Made by a program: the position numbers and the translations under genes. 32,000 bases of DNA from Candidatus Poseidoniaceae archaeon (GTDB lineage: Archaea > Thermoplasmatota > Poseidoniia > Poseidoniales > Poseidoniaceae): NCBI GenBank assembly GCA_943789275.1, contig CALSTM010000003.1, positions 540,001-572,000 of the forward strand, in the 5' to 3' direction. Numbering within the stretch: the stretch's first letter is position 1; the number at the start of each line of letters is the position of its first letter. The notes under the pieces are model-generated. The model did no database searches and was not told where the DNA came from. It worked only from the letters and a program-made list of their open reading frames with translations. This document shows, one piece after another, positions 24,804 to 32,000 of this stretch.

Positions 24804-25730
24804 TCAGTTTCCTTCGAAGATGGCCATGGCCTGTTCAACCGAGGCACCTTCGCATATGATGGCATGACAAGCCGCAGTCATTCGCACTGCAGACTCAGTA
24901 TCCCTTTGGTGAATGTTTCGACCGGTCGCAGCACCCATGCAGTTGCCAACACTCATTTGAGCGTGAAGGCGTTCCAAGAATTCCAAAGCAGGAAGAGAAC
25001 CGCCACCTGAGCAAATAATTCCAGTTCGTCCAGCAGCCTGTGCAGCGATAGCGAGGGATTCCGGCTGGGTCATTCCTTCGAATGCACGAGGATAGTTGAC
25101 CTTCGCAAAATCAGCACCAATACAGGCAGCAACGCCAGCAGCACCGGCGATAAGTTGTGGGTCTTTTTCATCGGCGACAGCTTGTCCACGTGGGTACATC
25201 CACACAACAGCAATCATACCAAGTTCGTGTGCTTGGCGAATGAATTGAGCAGCCTCGGTCATCATGTCGTGTTCATATTCACTGCCGATGTAAATGGTGT
25301 AGCCAATGCCAACAACGTTGATGCCGTTGTGCGTCAAAGCCATGACGTCGTCCATTTCCCACATTGCCTGGGACACAGGGTCGCGTTGACTGGTTTTGAC
25401 CATGTGTGATTTTGAATTGAGTTTCACCAAATACGGCAAATCAGGGTAATCTCGGGCATACTGTGAGATGAGGCCGAGTTGCCCTGCAAGAACACCAATG
25501 GTTCCAGCATCGTGACAGCGTTGACCGATTTCAAACAAATGACCTGGGTCGTTTGAGGTGATTGGTATTTTGTCGCCGCCGTCGTAGAAATCATCGTTGA
25601 GGTGTTCGATTTTTTGGTCGCAAGCAAACAGGTTCATTTTGCCCGTTCCAGCCGTTGCAGCATCCATATTTTGGATATAAATGTCAATCAAGTCGTTCGG
25701 CACATCTGCGGGGACATTGTACTTCAACAT
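24804..25730 (-). CDS. fba: class I fructose-bisphosphate aldolase, DhnA/FbaB family (the ADH-synthase paralogue is not excluded)
   Basis: Motifs are collinear with E. coli FbaB as I recall it: GTGKMNLFACDQKIEH, LVKLNSKSH, GYTIYIGSEYE...AHELGMIAVVWMYPRG, the Schiff-base region IGADFAKVNYP, IICSGGGS and GAATGRNIHQ. Confidence 0.9.
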   Translation of the reverse strand: MLKYNVPADVPNDLIDIYIQNMDAATAGTGKMNLFACDQKIEHLNDDFYDGGDKIPITSNDPGHLFEIGQRCHDAGTIGVLAGQLGLISQYARDYPDLPYLVKLNSKSHMVKTSQRDPVSQAMWEMDDVMALTHNGINVVGIGYTIYIGSEYEHDMMTEAAQFIRQAHELGMIAVVWMYPRGQAVADEKDPQLIAGAAGVAACIGADFAKVNYPRAFEGMTQPESLAIAAQAAGRTGIICSGGGSLPALEFLERLHAQMSVGNCMGAATGRNIHQRDTESAVRMTAACHAIICEGASVEQAMAIFEGN

Positions 25731-25912
25731 CGTTCACCTTGAGTTGGGCGAAACGCACTGAGGACTTCAAGACTACGGCAGGATTCTTACGAGTCATTTC
25801 CTCTTTTTTTGAGATTTATTGACTTGTGGGGGAAAAATGTTCATTCGAAAACATGATTCCCGCCTTTCATGACTGGTAAACAGTATTACCTAATGCCGAT
25901 TAATGTAGGCCT

Positions 25913-28900
25913 ATGCCCAGCATACGCCATGCGAATTTCAACCGAGCCGTCGTTTTATCGCTCTTGATGATGATGATGACCCAAGTTGGTTATCTTGAAT
26001 CCATGAACCCGTGGACAAACGGCGAAGAAACGCTCGACTCGAACGAAGTGATTTCACATACGTCTGCTGCAACGTCCGTGATGTATGGGAACAATTCGTT
26101 GTGGGCTCCTGACGGTAGTCAAATATTCAATGCTGGCGATGAAATGATGGCCGTTACATCCGATGTTGTGTTTTATATAGGAGCCACTAATCAAAACCCT
26201 CAAGACTTTGAGAAATGTTTGGCTGCATACAACTCCTCCAACATGACGAGATGGATTCCAAACATTGCAGGTCGATCAAATACCTGCTCTAGTAGTGTAG
26301 TAGGCCAGTCGATTGCTGAATTCAACTTCATTACTCAAGTCGATGGACTCACATTTTTTGTCATGAAGGCCTCCCCAGGCAGGCAACAGATTCATGCCTA
26401 CAATCCTGCAAACGACACGGTGTATCTTCACGACACCTCCCGTACTGGAAAAACTATTCTTGATAGTGTTGCAATTGGCAGAACAATATACTCACTGCAA
26501 AACTACCCCTTTATGATGACAGCATACAACATTGACAATGGTTCTTCATGGGATATCTCAACTTCATCCCAATATTTTGTTGGTTTAAACGCCGTAGGAG
26601 GCAAAATTCTAGCTTTCAACAACAATACACAACAACCATCGGGTCCGAATAATTGCAGCTACACAGGTTCATGTTATGAGCCATGGATTTACGATCCAGC
26701 CAACAACACATGGTTCAGGCCAACAAGAGGAAACGAAATCATCAACAGGCCCATTGCGACAAGTGATTCCAAAGCCCTTGTCACCAATGGACAGATGTTT
26801 TGGGCTGACACTAACTACACCTACGGAATGGGTGCGTGGGTGTTTGATTCATCCAACAACACATATTGGATGCTTGATGCAAATGCGTCAACAGGGATGT
26901 CAACTATCACAACTGGACGATCTTCAGCAATTCGTTCTGGAACATCAATTTTCTATCTTACCAGACCTGCGTATTCGGTTTCCGGGCAAACCTTGTATGG
27001 CCTCGATCTTTGGGGTTACAGCACTGTCAATTCGTCGAGTTGGCGTCTATCGAACATCACGGAATTGCACCAACCTGATGCTCAATATGGATGTTCACAA
27101 CAGCTTGCCGGACTCGCCAATGGCGATTTTGTGATGTCCTTCGGGCGGGGTACGGGTTGCAACACGGTAGAAGTCGTATTTTATTCTTTAACCAACGACA
27201 CGGCATGGCAAGTTTCTGGACTCGACTCTCCAAGCGATACCTCAAAGGTTTATTCTTTTCAGGGAAATGATATGGGACTATTGGGGGTTTATGGGAACAC
27301 TGTTTATCTGAAGGGTAAAACTGCATACCCTTCCTATGAGCATGGACTCATTGCTTATGACGCTACGAATGGTTCATCGTATTCAACAACGGTTACGGGA
27401 GGATTCATCTCTGGTATTACCAGTAACCAGCCCGTACTCGGAAACGGGGGTCAATTCGTTTTCACGATGGGAAGTTATACCTGTGACTGTAACCCTTCTT
27501 GGGCAGATAGCTCCAGATATTCGTTTGCAGTCTGGACACCAACCGCTATCACCGTTAGCGATGCATGGAATCTCACACCTGGTCAGCGTATCGATGGACC
27601 GATTACAGGAGGTTTGGGCGGCGCATCGGATTCGGGTGTAGGCGTTCAAAATCTAACTGCCAGTGCCGAAGGTGCAGAACTCATCATCGACGAGGCCATG
27701 ACCAACATCACCTTCCAATACAATTCCAGTGCGGCAAGCGGCTCAGGCGGCGGCTCAGGCGGCATGACCAACGTCACCGGTGCAACCTGCAGCGTTTCAC
27801 CTTCTCTTCCAACCGGCCTATCCATCGACAGCGGCACGTGCACCATCAGCGGTACACCTTCAGTTGCAACAACGAACACAACTTACACGGTCACGGCGGT
27901 CATGAGCGGTGTGACCTACCAGACAACGGTATGGCTCTCAAGCGCTTACCTCCCACTCACGCCAAGTGTCGAAGGTGCAGAACTCATCCTCGATGAGGCC
28001 ATGACCAACATCACCTTCCAGTACAACGCCAGTGCAGCAAGCGGCTCAGGCAGCGGCTCGGGCAGCGGCGGCATGACCAACCTCACCAATGCAACAAGTT
28101 GTGTTGCTTCACCAAGCCTACCAACCGGCCTGTCCATCGACAGCAGCACGTGCACCATCAGCGGTACACCAACGGTTGCGACGACAAACACGACCTACAC
28201 GGTCACCGCCAACATCAGCAACGTAACCTACCAGCCAACGGTATGGCTCTCAAGCGCTTACCTACCACTCACGCCAAGTGTCGAAGGTGCAGAACTCATC
28301 CTCGATGAGGCCATGACCAACATCACCTTCCAGTACAACGCCAGTGCAGCAAGCGGCTCAGGCAGCGGCTCAAATCAATCAAGTTTCGTCAATAACATCG
28401 GACTGAGAACCACATCGGGTTCAGCCACTCAAATGATCAATGGGACAGCCATCACACCGATTGAATTCTCTCTTGAATGGGACAATTTCTCCCTGCCGAG
28501 TAATCTGAGTTCCAATGAAAAGGTGACATTCCCGTTCGACCATTCGTTCAACGACACATCGTCCACGCCCATGGAAAACTCAACCGCTTCGAACCTCACC
28601 TACGACCGACACGGCCGAGAAATGCACGCCCTGGATGATGAAATTGAATACGGTTGGAGTGCGACAAATCGCAGTGAATTGGCAATCAATTCAAACACCA
28701 TTTCACTCTCTCTTTGGGTAAAGCCAACCAATGTTGGGACAGTGCAAAACATCATCGACAACCACCCACAATACGACCTTAGAATAGATGCAAACGGGGC
28801 GCTCAGCTTCAGAATACGTCAAACTGGCAACGGAGCGTGGAACGACCATTATTCGAGCATACAACTCGAGAATGATGTGTGGTATCACATTGGCGTATCC

Positions 28901-31900
28901 GCAACGTACAGCAGCGGTTACGTGGTGAATTTCTACGTAAATGGGTCGTCTGATGTCACGCGAACATCATCAGGTACTCAATTTACATCAACGTCAGGGA
29001 CTACTTTAGGCCTCAGCAGTGCCGATAGTTGGTATGATGGCTTTGATGGTGTTCTTGATGACCTGTACATATACGACGGACTCCTCTCTGCATCGAATTT
29101 TGCCACACTGATGGATGTCGGTGAAATCACGTGGGATATTTCGCCCGCTCTTCCGAGTGAATTGTCGCTGGATACAATCACAGGGACAATCACTGGAACA
29201 CCTCCTAGCTCCCAAGGCGCAGGCCAATACACGGTGTATGCCAACTCCTCCACGACTTCCTATTCGCGAACATTCAACCTGAGTTTGAATTCATTCATGC
29301 CCACCGTCACCGGTGCAACATGTACGGTTTCACCTTCCCTTCCAACCGGCCTGTCCATCGACAGCAGCACGTGCACCATCAGCGGTACACCAACGGTTGA
29401 GACGAGCAACACGACCTACACGGTCACCGCCAACATCAGCAACGTGACCTACCAGGGCAGCGTGTGGTTGTCCACCTCGACGTTCGGCACCATCACCTCA
29501 GCGGTGGAAGGTGCGGCGCTCAACTTGGGTGAAGCGATGACCCCGATCACGCTCAATTACACGGTGAACGTCAACGCTTCATCTGGTTCTTCAGGATCTT
29601 CCGGTTCCAGTGGAGGCTCGGGTTCAAGCGGCGGCTCTTCGAGTTCCTCGTCCTCTGTTTATGCAAACAACAAGCTGTCTGCTGGATCTTCCCACACCTG
29701 TGCCATCCTTGACAACGGCGACCTGAAGTGTTGGGGGCTGGGATGGCACGGACAGTTGGGCGATGGAGGAAGCGGGTTTAGCTACGACACCAACGCACCT
29801 TCATCCACCGCCATCAACCTCGGCAGTGGCCGAACGGCCGTTGCTGTGTCTGCTGGAGGTTCCCACACCTGCGCCATCCTTGACAACGGCGACCTGAAGT
29901 GTTGGGGGTATGACGGCTACGGACAGTTGGGCGATGGAGGAAGCAACACGAACACCAACGCACCTTCATCCACCGCCATCAACCTCGGCACGGGCCGCAC
30001 GGCCGTTGCTGTGTCTGCTGGAGGTTCCCACATCTGCGCCATCCTTGACAACGGCGACCTGAAGTGTTGGGGGCGGGACAATTACGGACAGTTGGGCGAC
30101 GGTGGAAGCAACACGGACACCAACGCACCTTCATCCACCGCCATCAACCTCGGCACGGGCCGAACGGCCGTTGCGGTGGCTGCTGGATCTTACCATGAGT
30201 TTACCTGTGCCATCCTTGACAACGGCGACCTGAAGTGTTGGGGGCGGGACACTTCGGGACAGTTGGGCGATGGAGCAGGCACCAATAACCTCAACGCACC
30301 TTCTTCCACGCCGATTGACCTTGGCAGTGGCCGAACGGCCGTTGCGGTGTCTGCTGGAAGTGCCCACGCCTGCGCCATCCTTGACAACGGTGACCTGAAG
30401 TGTTGGGGGTCTAACTCCTTTGGGTCGTTGGGCGATGGAGGAAGCCACGCGTACACCAACGCACCTTCATCCACCGCCATCAACCTCGGCACGGGCCGAA
30501 CGGCCGTTGCTGTGTCTGCTGGAAATGGCTTCACCTGCGCCATCCTTGACAACGGTGAGGCGAAGTGTTGGGGGTATGACTACAGTGGACAGTTGGGCGA
30601 TGGAGGAAGCAACACGAACACCAACGCACCTTCATCCACCGCCATCAACCTCGGCACGGGCCGAACGGCCGTTGCGGTGGCTGGTGGAAATGGCCACAAC
30701 TGCGCCATCCTTGACAACGGTGAGGCGAAGTGTTGGGGGTATAACTCCCAAGGAGAGTTGGGCGACGGTGGAAGCAACACCAATCAGGGTTCACCGGTAG
30801 CTGTTTCTGGCAGCAACACCTGGGATGCCACGACCACCATCGCCACTTGGGAAACACACCCTGCTTTACCAGCGGGCATGAGCATCTCAGGCGGTACGAT
30901 CAGCGGCACACCTTCGGTCTATGCGACCAATCAAACCTACACGATTTACGCCAATAAGAGCGGTTATTCAACCACGCACGAGTTGTACTTTAGCGTGGAT
31001 ACAGACAATGCGCATACCGTCGTTGAAAATCAGACGATTGATCCAATTGGCTTCCATCCTCCGTTCTGGAACGGTACGACCGCTTGGACGGTCTCACCTG
31101 CCTTGCCGGGCAACCTCTCCATCAACGGAAGCACCGGTGAAATCACCGGAACGGTCAACGGAACGCTGACCAACACCACCTACACGGTGACAGCGACGCA
31201 CAGTGGCTCAGGCGCTGCAACGGAAACCTTCTCGTTCAACTTGCAGAGTCTTGCTGATTACGATGGCGACGGTCTTGCCAACGACTTGCCAAGCGATTAC
31301 GATGCAGCTGAAGGGCCAACCTCTGGTCTTGTTGCTGACGATGATGACGACGGCGACGGCCTTGCCGACAGCATCGAAACGAATACTGGAACCTACATTG
31401 ACGCCAGCGATACGGGCACCGACCCATTGAATCCAGACACCGACGGTGATGGTATCTGCGACGGACCAAATGCAGTACCTCCAATCTGTGTTGCAGGTCC
31501 AGACATGGACCCGAACGGTGAGAGTTTCCCACCAACCTTGGTGGCCATCAACAACACCGCCATCTCAACGCTTGCTCCATACTTGGCAGTAAGCGGTGGA
31601 ACGTACGAAATTGCACCCGACTTGCCAGCAACCCTGTCACTTGACCCCGCAACCGGTGAAATCACCGGTACACCGACCGAAACCATCACCAACACGACCT
31701 TCACCATGTGGTCGAACAACTCCAACGGTGATTCTCTCTCGTGGAACTTCACCATTGAAATCTTGGAAGACAGCGACGGCGACGGAATGCCAAACGAACT
31801 TCCGGGCGATTATGATCCAACCAACCCTGATGCACCTGGCCTTGTGGAAGACACTGACGATGATAACGACGGACTTTCCGACACCAACGAATCAGAGATT

Positions 31901-32000
31901 GGCACCAATCCACTCAACCCAGATACAGACGGCGACGGTATGTGCGACGGACCTGTGGCTTCGCCACCAGACTGCGTTGCTGGCCCTGACGCCTTCCCGC
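25913..32000 (+). CDS. giant secreted or surface multidomain protein, 3'-truncated by the window (more than 2,029 codons)
   Basis: This ORF is not in the supplied track. The frame is open from the TAA at 25901-25903 to the window end; I read it codon by codon. The N-terminal signal or anchor is MPSIRHANFNRAVVLSLLMMMMTQVGYL. Domain order: Kelch-like repeats, He_PIG-type Ig modules, LamG, 7 RCC1 blades, TSP3 blocks. NxS/T sequons are very frequent. Confidence 0.9.
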   Translation, partial: MPSIRHANFNRAVVLSLLMMMMTQVGYLESMNPWTNGEETLDSNEVISHTSAATSVMYGNNSLWAPDGSQIFNAGDEMMAVTSDVVFYIGATNQNPQDFEKCLAAYNSSNMTRWIPNIAGRSNTCSSSVVGQSIAEFNFITQVDGLTFFVMKASPGRQQIHAYNPANDTVYLHDTSRTGKTILDSVAIGRTIYSLQNYPFMMTAYNIDNGSSWDISTSSQYFVGLNAVGGKILAFNNNTQQPSGPNNCSYTGSCYEPWIYDPANNTWFRPTRGNEIINRPIATSDSKALVTNGQMFWADTNYTYGMGAWVFDSSNNTYWMLDANASTGMSTITTGRSSAIRSGTSIFYLTRPAYSVSGQTLYGLDLWGYSTVNSSSWRLSNITELHQPDAQYGCSQQLAGLANGDFVMSFGRGTGCNTVEVVFYSLTNDTAWQVSGLDSPSDTSKVYSFQGNDMGLLGVYGNTVYLKGKTAYPSYEHGLIAYDATNGSSYSTTVTGGFISGITSNQPVLGNGGQFVFTMGSYTCDCNPSWADSSRYSFAVWTPTAITVSDAWNLTPGQRIDGPITGGLGGASDSGVGVQNLTASAEGAELIIDEAMTNITFQYNSSAASGSGGGSGGMTNVTGATCSVSPSLPTGLSIDSGTCTISGTPSVATTNTTYTVTAVMSGVTYQTTVWLSSAYLPLTPSVEGAELILDEAMTNITFQYNASAASGSGSGSGSGGMTNLTNATSCVASPSLPTGLSIDSSTCTISGTPTVATTNTTYTVTANISNVTYQPTVWLSSAYLPLTPSVEGAELILDEAMTNITFQYNASAASGSGSGSNQSSFVNNIGLRTTSGSATQMINGTAITPIEFSLEWDNFSLPSNLSSNEKVTFPFDHSFNDTSSTPMENSTASNLTYDRHGREMHALDDEIEYGWSATNRSELAINSNTISLSLWVKPTNVGTVQNIIDNHPQYDLRIDANGALSFRIRQTGNGAWNDHYSSIQLENDVWYHIGVSATYSSGYVVNFYVNGSSDVTRTSSGTQFTSTSGTTLGLSSADSWYDGFDGVLDDLYIYDGLLSASNFATLMDVGEITWDISPALPSELSLDTITGTITGTPPSSQGAGQYTVYANSSTTSYSRTFNLSLNSFMPTVTGATCTVSPSLPTGLSIDSSTCTISGTPTVETSNTTYTVTANISNVTYQGSVWLSTSTFGTITSAVEGAALNLGEAMTPITLNYTVNVNASSGSSGSSGSSGGSGSSGGSSSSSSSVYANNKLSAGSSHTCAILDNGDLKCWGLGWHGQLGDGGSGFSYDTNAPSSTAINLGSGRTAVAVSAGGSHTCAILDNGDLKCWGYDGYGQLGDGGSNTNTNAPSSTAINLGTGRTAVAVSAGGSHICAILDNGDLKCWGRDNYGQLGDGGSNTDTNAPSSTAINLGTGRTAVAVAAGSYHEFTCAILDNGDLKCWGRDTSGQLGDGAGTNNLNAPSSTPIDLGSGRTAVAVSAGSAHACAILDNGDLKCWGSNSFGSLGDGGSHAYTNAPSSTAINLGTGRTAVAVSAGNGFTCAILDNGEAKCWGYDYSGQLGDGGSNTNTNAPSSTAINLGTGRTAVAVAGGNGHNCAILDNGEAKCWGYNSQGELGDGGSNTNQGSPVAVSGSNTWDATTTIATWETHPALPAGMSISGGTISGTPSVYATNQTYTIYANKSGYSTTHELYFSVDTDNAHTVVENQTIDPIGFHPPFWNGTTAWTVSPALPGNLSINGSTGEITGTVNGTLTNTTYTVTATHSGSGAATETFSFNLQSLADYDGDGLANDLPSDYDAAEGPTSGLVADDDDDGDGLADSIETNTGTYIDASDTGTDPLNPDTDGDGICDGPNAVPPICVAGPDMDPNGESFPPTLVAINNTAISTLAPYLAVSGGTYEIAPDLPATLSLDPATGEITGTPTETITNTTFTMWSNNSNGDSLSWNFTIEILEDSDGDGMPNELPGDYDPTNPDAPGLVEDTDDDNDGLSDTNESEIGTNPLNPDTDGDGMCDGPVASPPDCVAGPDAFP
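27665..28373 (+). repeat. in-frame tandem repeat, 2.3 copies (303 nt, 312 nt, then a partial ~94 nt) encoding linker plus Ig-like module
   Basis: Units start at 27665, 27968 and 28280 (g[ct]cgaaggtgcagaactcatc...). Copies 2 and 3 are nearly identical over their shared length. The half-unit 28108-28245 recurs almost identically at 29323-29460. Confidence 0.9.
28524..29127 (+). other. LamG / concanavalin-A-like lectin module inside the giant ORF
   Basis: The translation NSNTISLSLWVKPTNVGTVQNIIDNHPQYDLRIDANGALSFRIRQ...LENDVWYHIGVSATYSSGYVVNFYVNGS...FDGVLDDLYIYDGLLS follows the Laminin_G_3 pattern (W.k....., W.hva.t.d......lYvdG, .iDevriy). Confidence 0.65.
29678..30811 (+). repeat. seven tandem RCC1-type beta-propeller blades (165 or 171 nt each)
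   Basis: Units start at 29678, 29849, 30014, 30179, 30350, 30515 and 30680. The consensus is SAGxxHTCAILDNGDLKCWGxxxxGQLGDGGSxxxTNAPSSTAINLGTGRTAVAV, which matches the RCC1 repeat. Long stretches are identical at the DNA level (gccatccttgacaacggcgacctgaagtgttggggg). Confidence 0.9.
31256..31523 (+). repeat. thrombospondin type-3-like Ca-binding Asp-rich block 1
   Basis: The translation is DYDGDGLANDLPSDYD...DDDDDGDGLADSIETNTGT...DPLNPDTDGDGICDGPN...CVAGPDMDPNG, which gives DxDxDGxxD loops. Confidence 0.75.
31769..32000 (+). repeat. thrombospondin type-3-like Ca-binding Asp-rich block 2 (truncated by window)
   Basis: The translation is DSDGDGMPNELPGDYD...DTDDDNDGLSDTNESEIGTNPLNPDTDGDGMCDGPV...CVAGPDAFP. 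It parallels block 1 in order and spacing. Confidence 0.75.

Noticed and set aside
28108-29460. Diversity-generating retroelement (template/variable repeat pair), suggested by two nearly identical ~140-nt segments
   Set aside because: The four differences I see (c>a, c>g, a>c, a>g) are not adenine-specific. Both copies are coding modules of the same gene, and no reverse transcriptase is in the window.
27665-30811. Possible CRISPR array, suggested by regularly spaced repeats
   Set aside because: Units are 165-312 nt and directly abutting, with no unique spacers. They are in-frame and translate into recognisable protein modules. No cas genes are present.
27565-31755. Many track ORFs on both strands inside the repeat region (for example 27565-27996 +, 27646-27879 -, 27946-28191 -, 28099-28308 +, 30131-30448 -, 30190-30552 -, 30420-30800 +, 30580-30857 -, 31236-31535 -, 31393-31755 -)
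   Set aside because: All lie within the long open frame that starts at 25913. Their translations are low-complexity (Arg/His/Pro/Gly-rich) and repeat with the same period as the sense-strand modules. They are frame shadows of a repetitive, biased-composition gene.
1-32000. tRNA or rRNA genes
   Set aside because: I scanned intergenic gaps for T-loop-like GGTTCGAATCC/GTTCAAATC motifs and cloverleaf-sized inverted repeats and found none. The only ttcgaatcc occurrence (about 19091) is inside a coding region.

Overview
The window looks like an archaeal chromosomal segment of about 50% GC. The archaeal call rests on gene content: Orc1/Cdc6, Cdc48/VCP, archaeal-type PPAT plus DUF359 dephospho-CoA kinase, a DhnA-type class I aldolase and a TrmB-family regulator. 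A sunlit-ocean planktonic euryarchaeote (Thermoplasmatota-like) is my inference only. No database search was possible.

I support about 24 protein genes, one roughly 320-nt structured RNA candidate, several promoter and terminator signals, and two classes of intragenic repeat.

Gene order:
- Minus strand: a truncated membrane-protein start, a PRC-barrel protein and Cdc48.
- Plus strand: an ALDH7-like aldehyde dehydrogenase and phytoene synthase.
- A bidirectional nine-gene block sharing one 94-bp control region with two back-to-back TATA boxes. Leftward: Nudix, class II photolyase, SRPBCC-SDR fusion. Rightward: GTP cyclohydrolase II, peroxiredoxin, TrmB-like regulator, ABC1 kinase, FAD oxidoreductase, MBL hydrolase.
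- Orc1/Cdc6, a membrane protein, a GT2 glycosyltransferase, and a fused PPAT-DPCK CoA enzyme translationally coupled to the GT2.
- The structured RNA.
- A divergent pair of orphan winged-helix proteins (843 aa and 109 aa).
- SAH hydrolase, a small membrane protein and a class I aldolase.

The supplied ORF track misses a plus-strand ORF that stays open from 25913 to the right edge, more than 2,029 codons. It encodes a giant surface protein with this domain order:
- a Kelch-like propeller
- Ig-like modules
- a LamG lectin module
- a seven-blade RCC1 propeller
- thrombospondin-type-3 modules

Start codons were refined using GAGGTG-type Shine-Dalgarno motifs, ATGA/TAATG overlaps and TATA spacing. 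The track translates GTG and TTG starts as M.

I found no CRISPR array, tRNA, rRNA, transposase or integrase.
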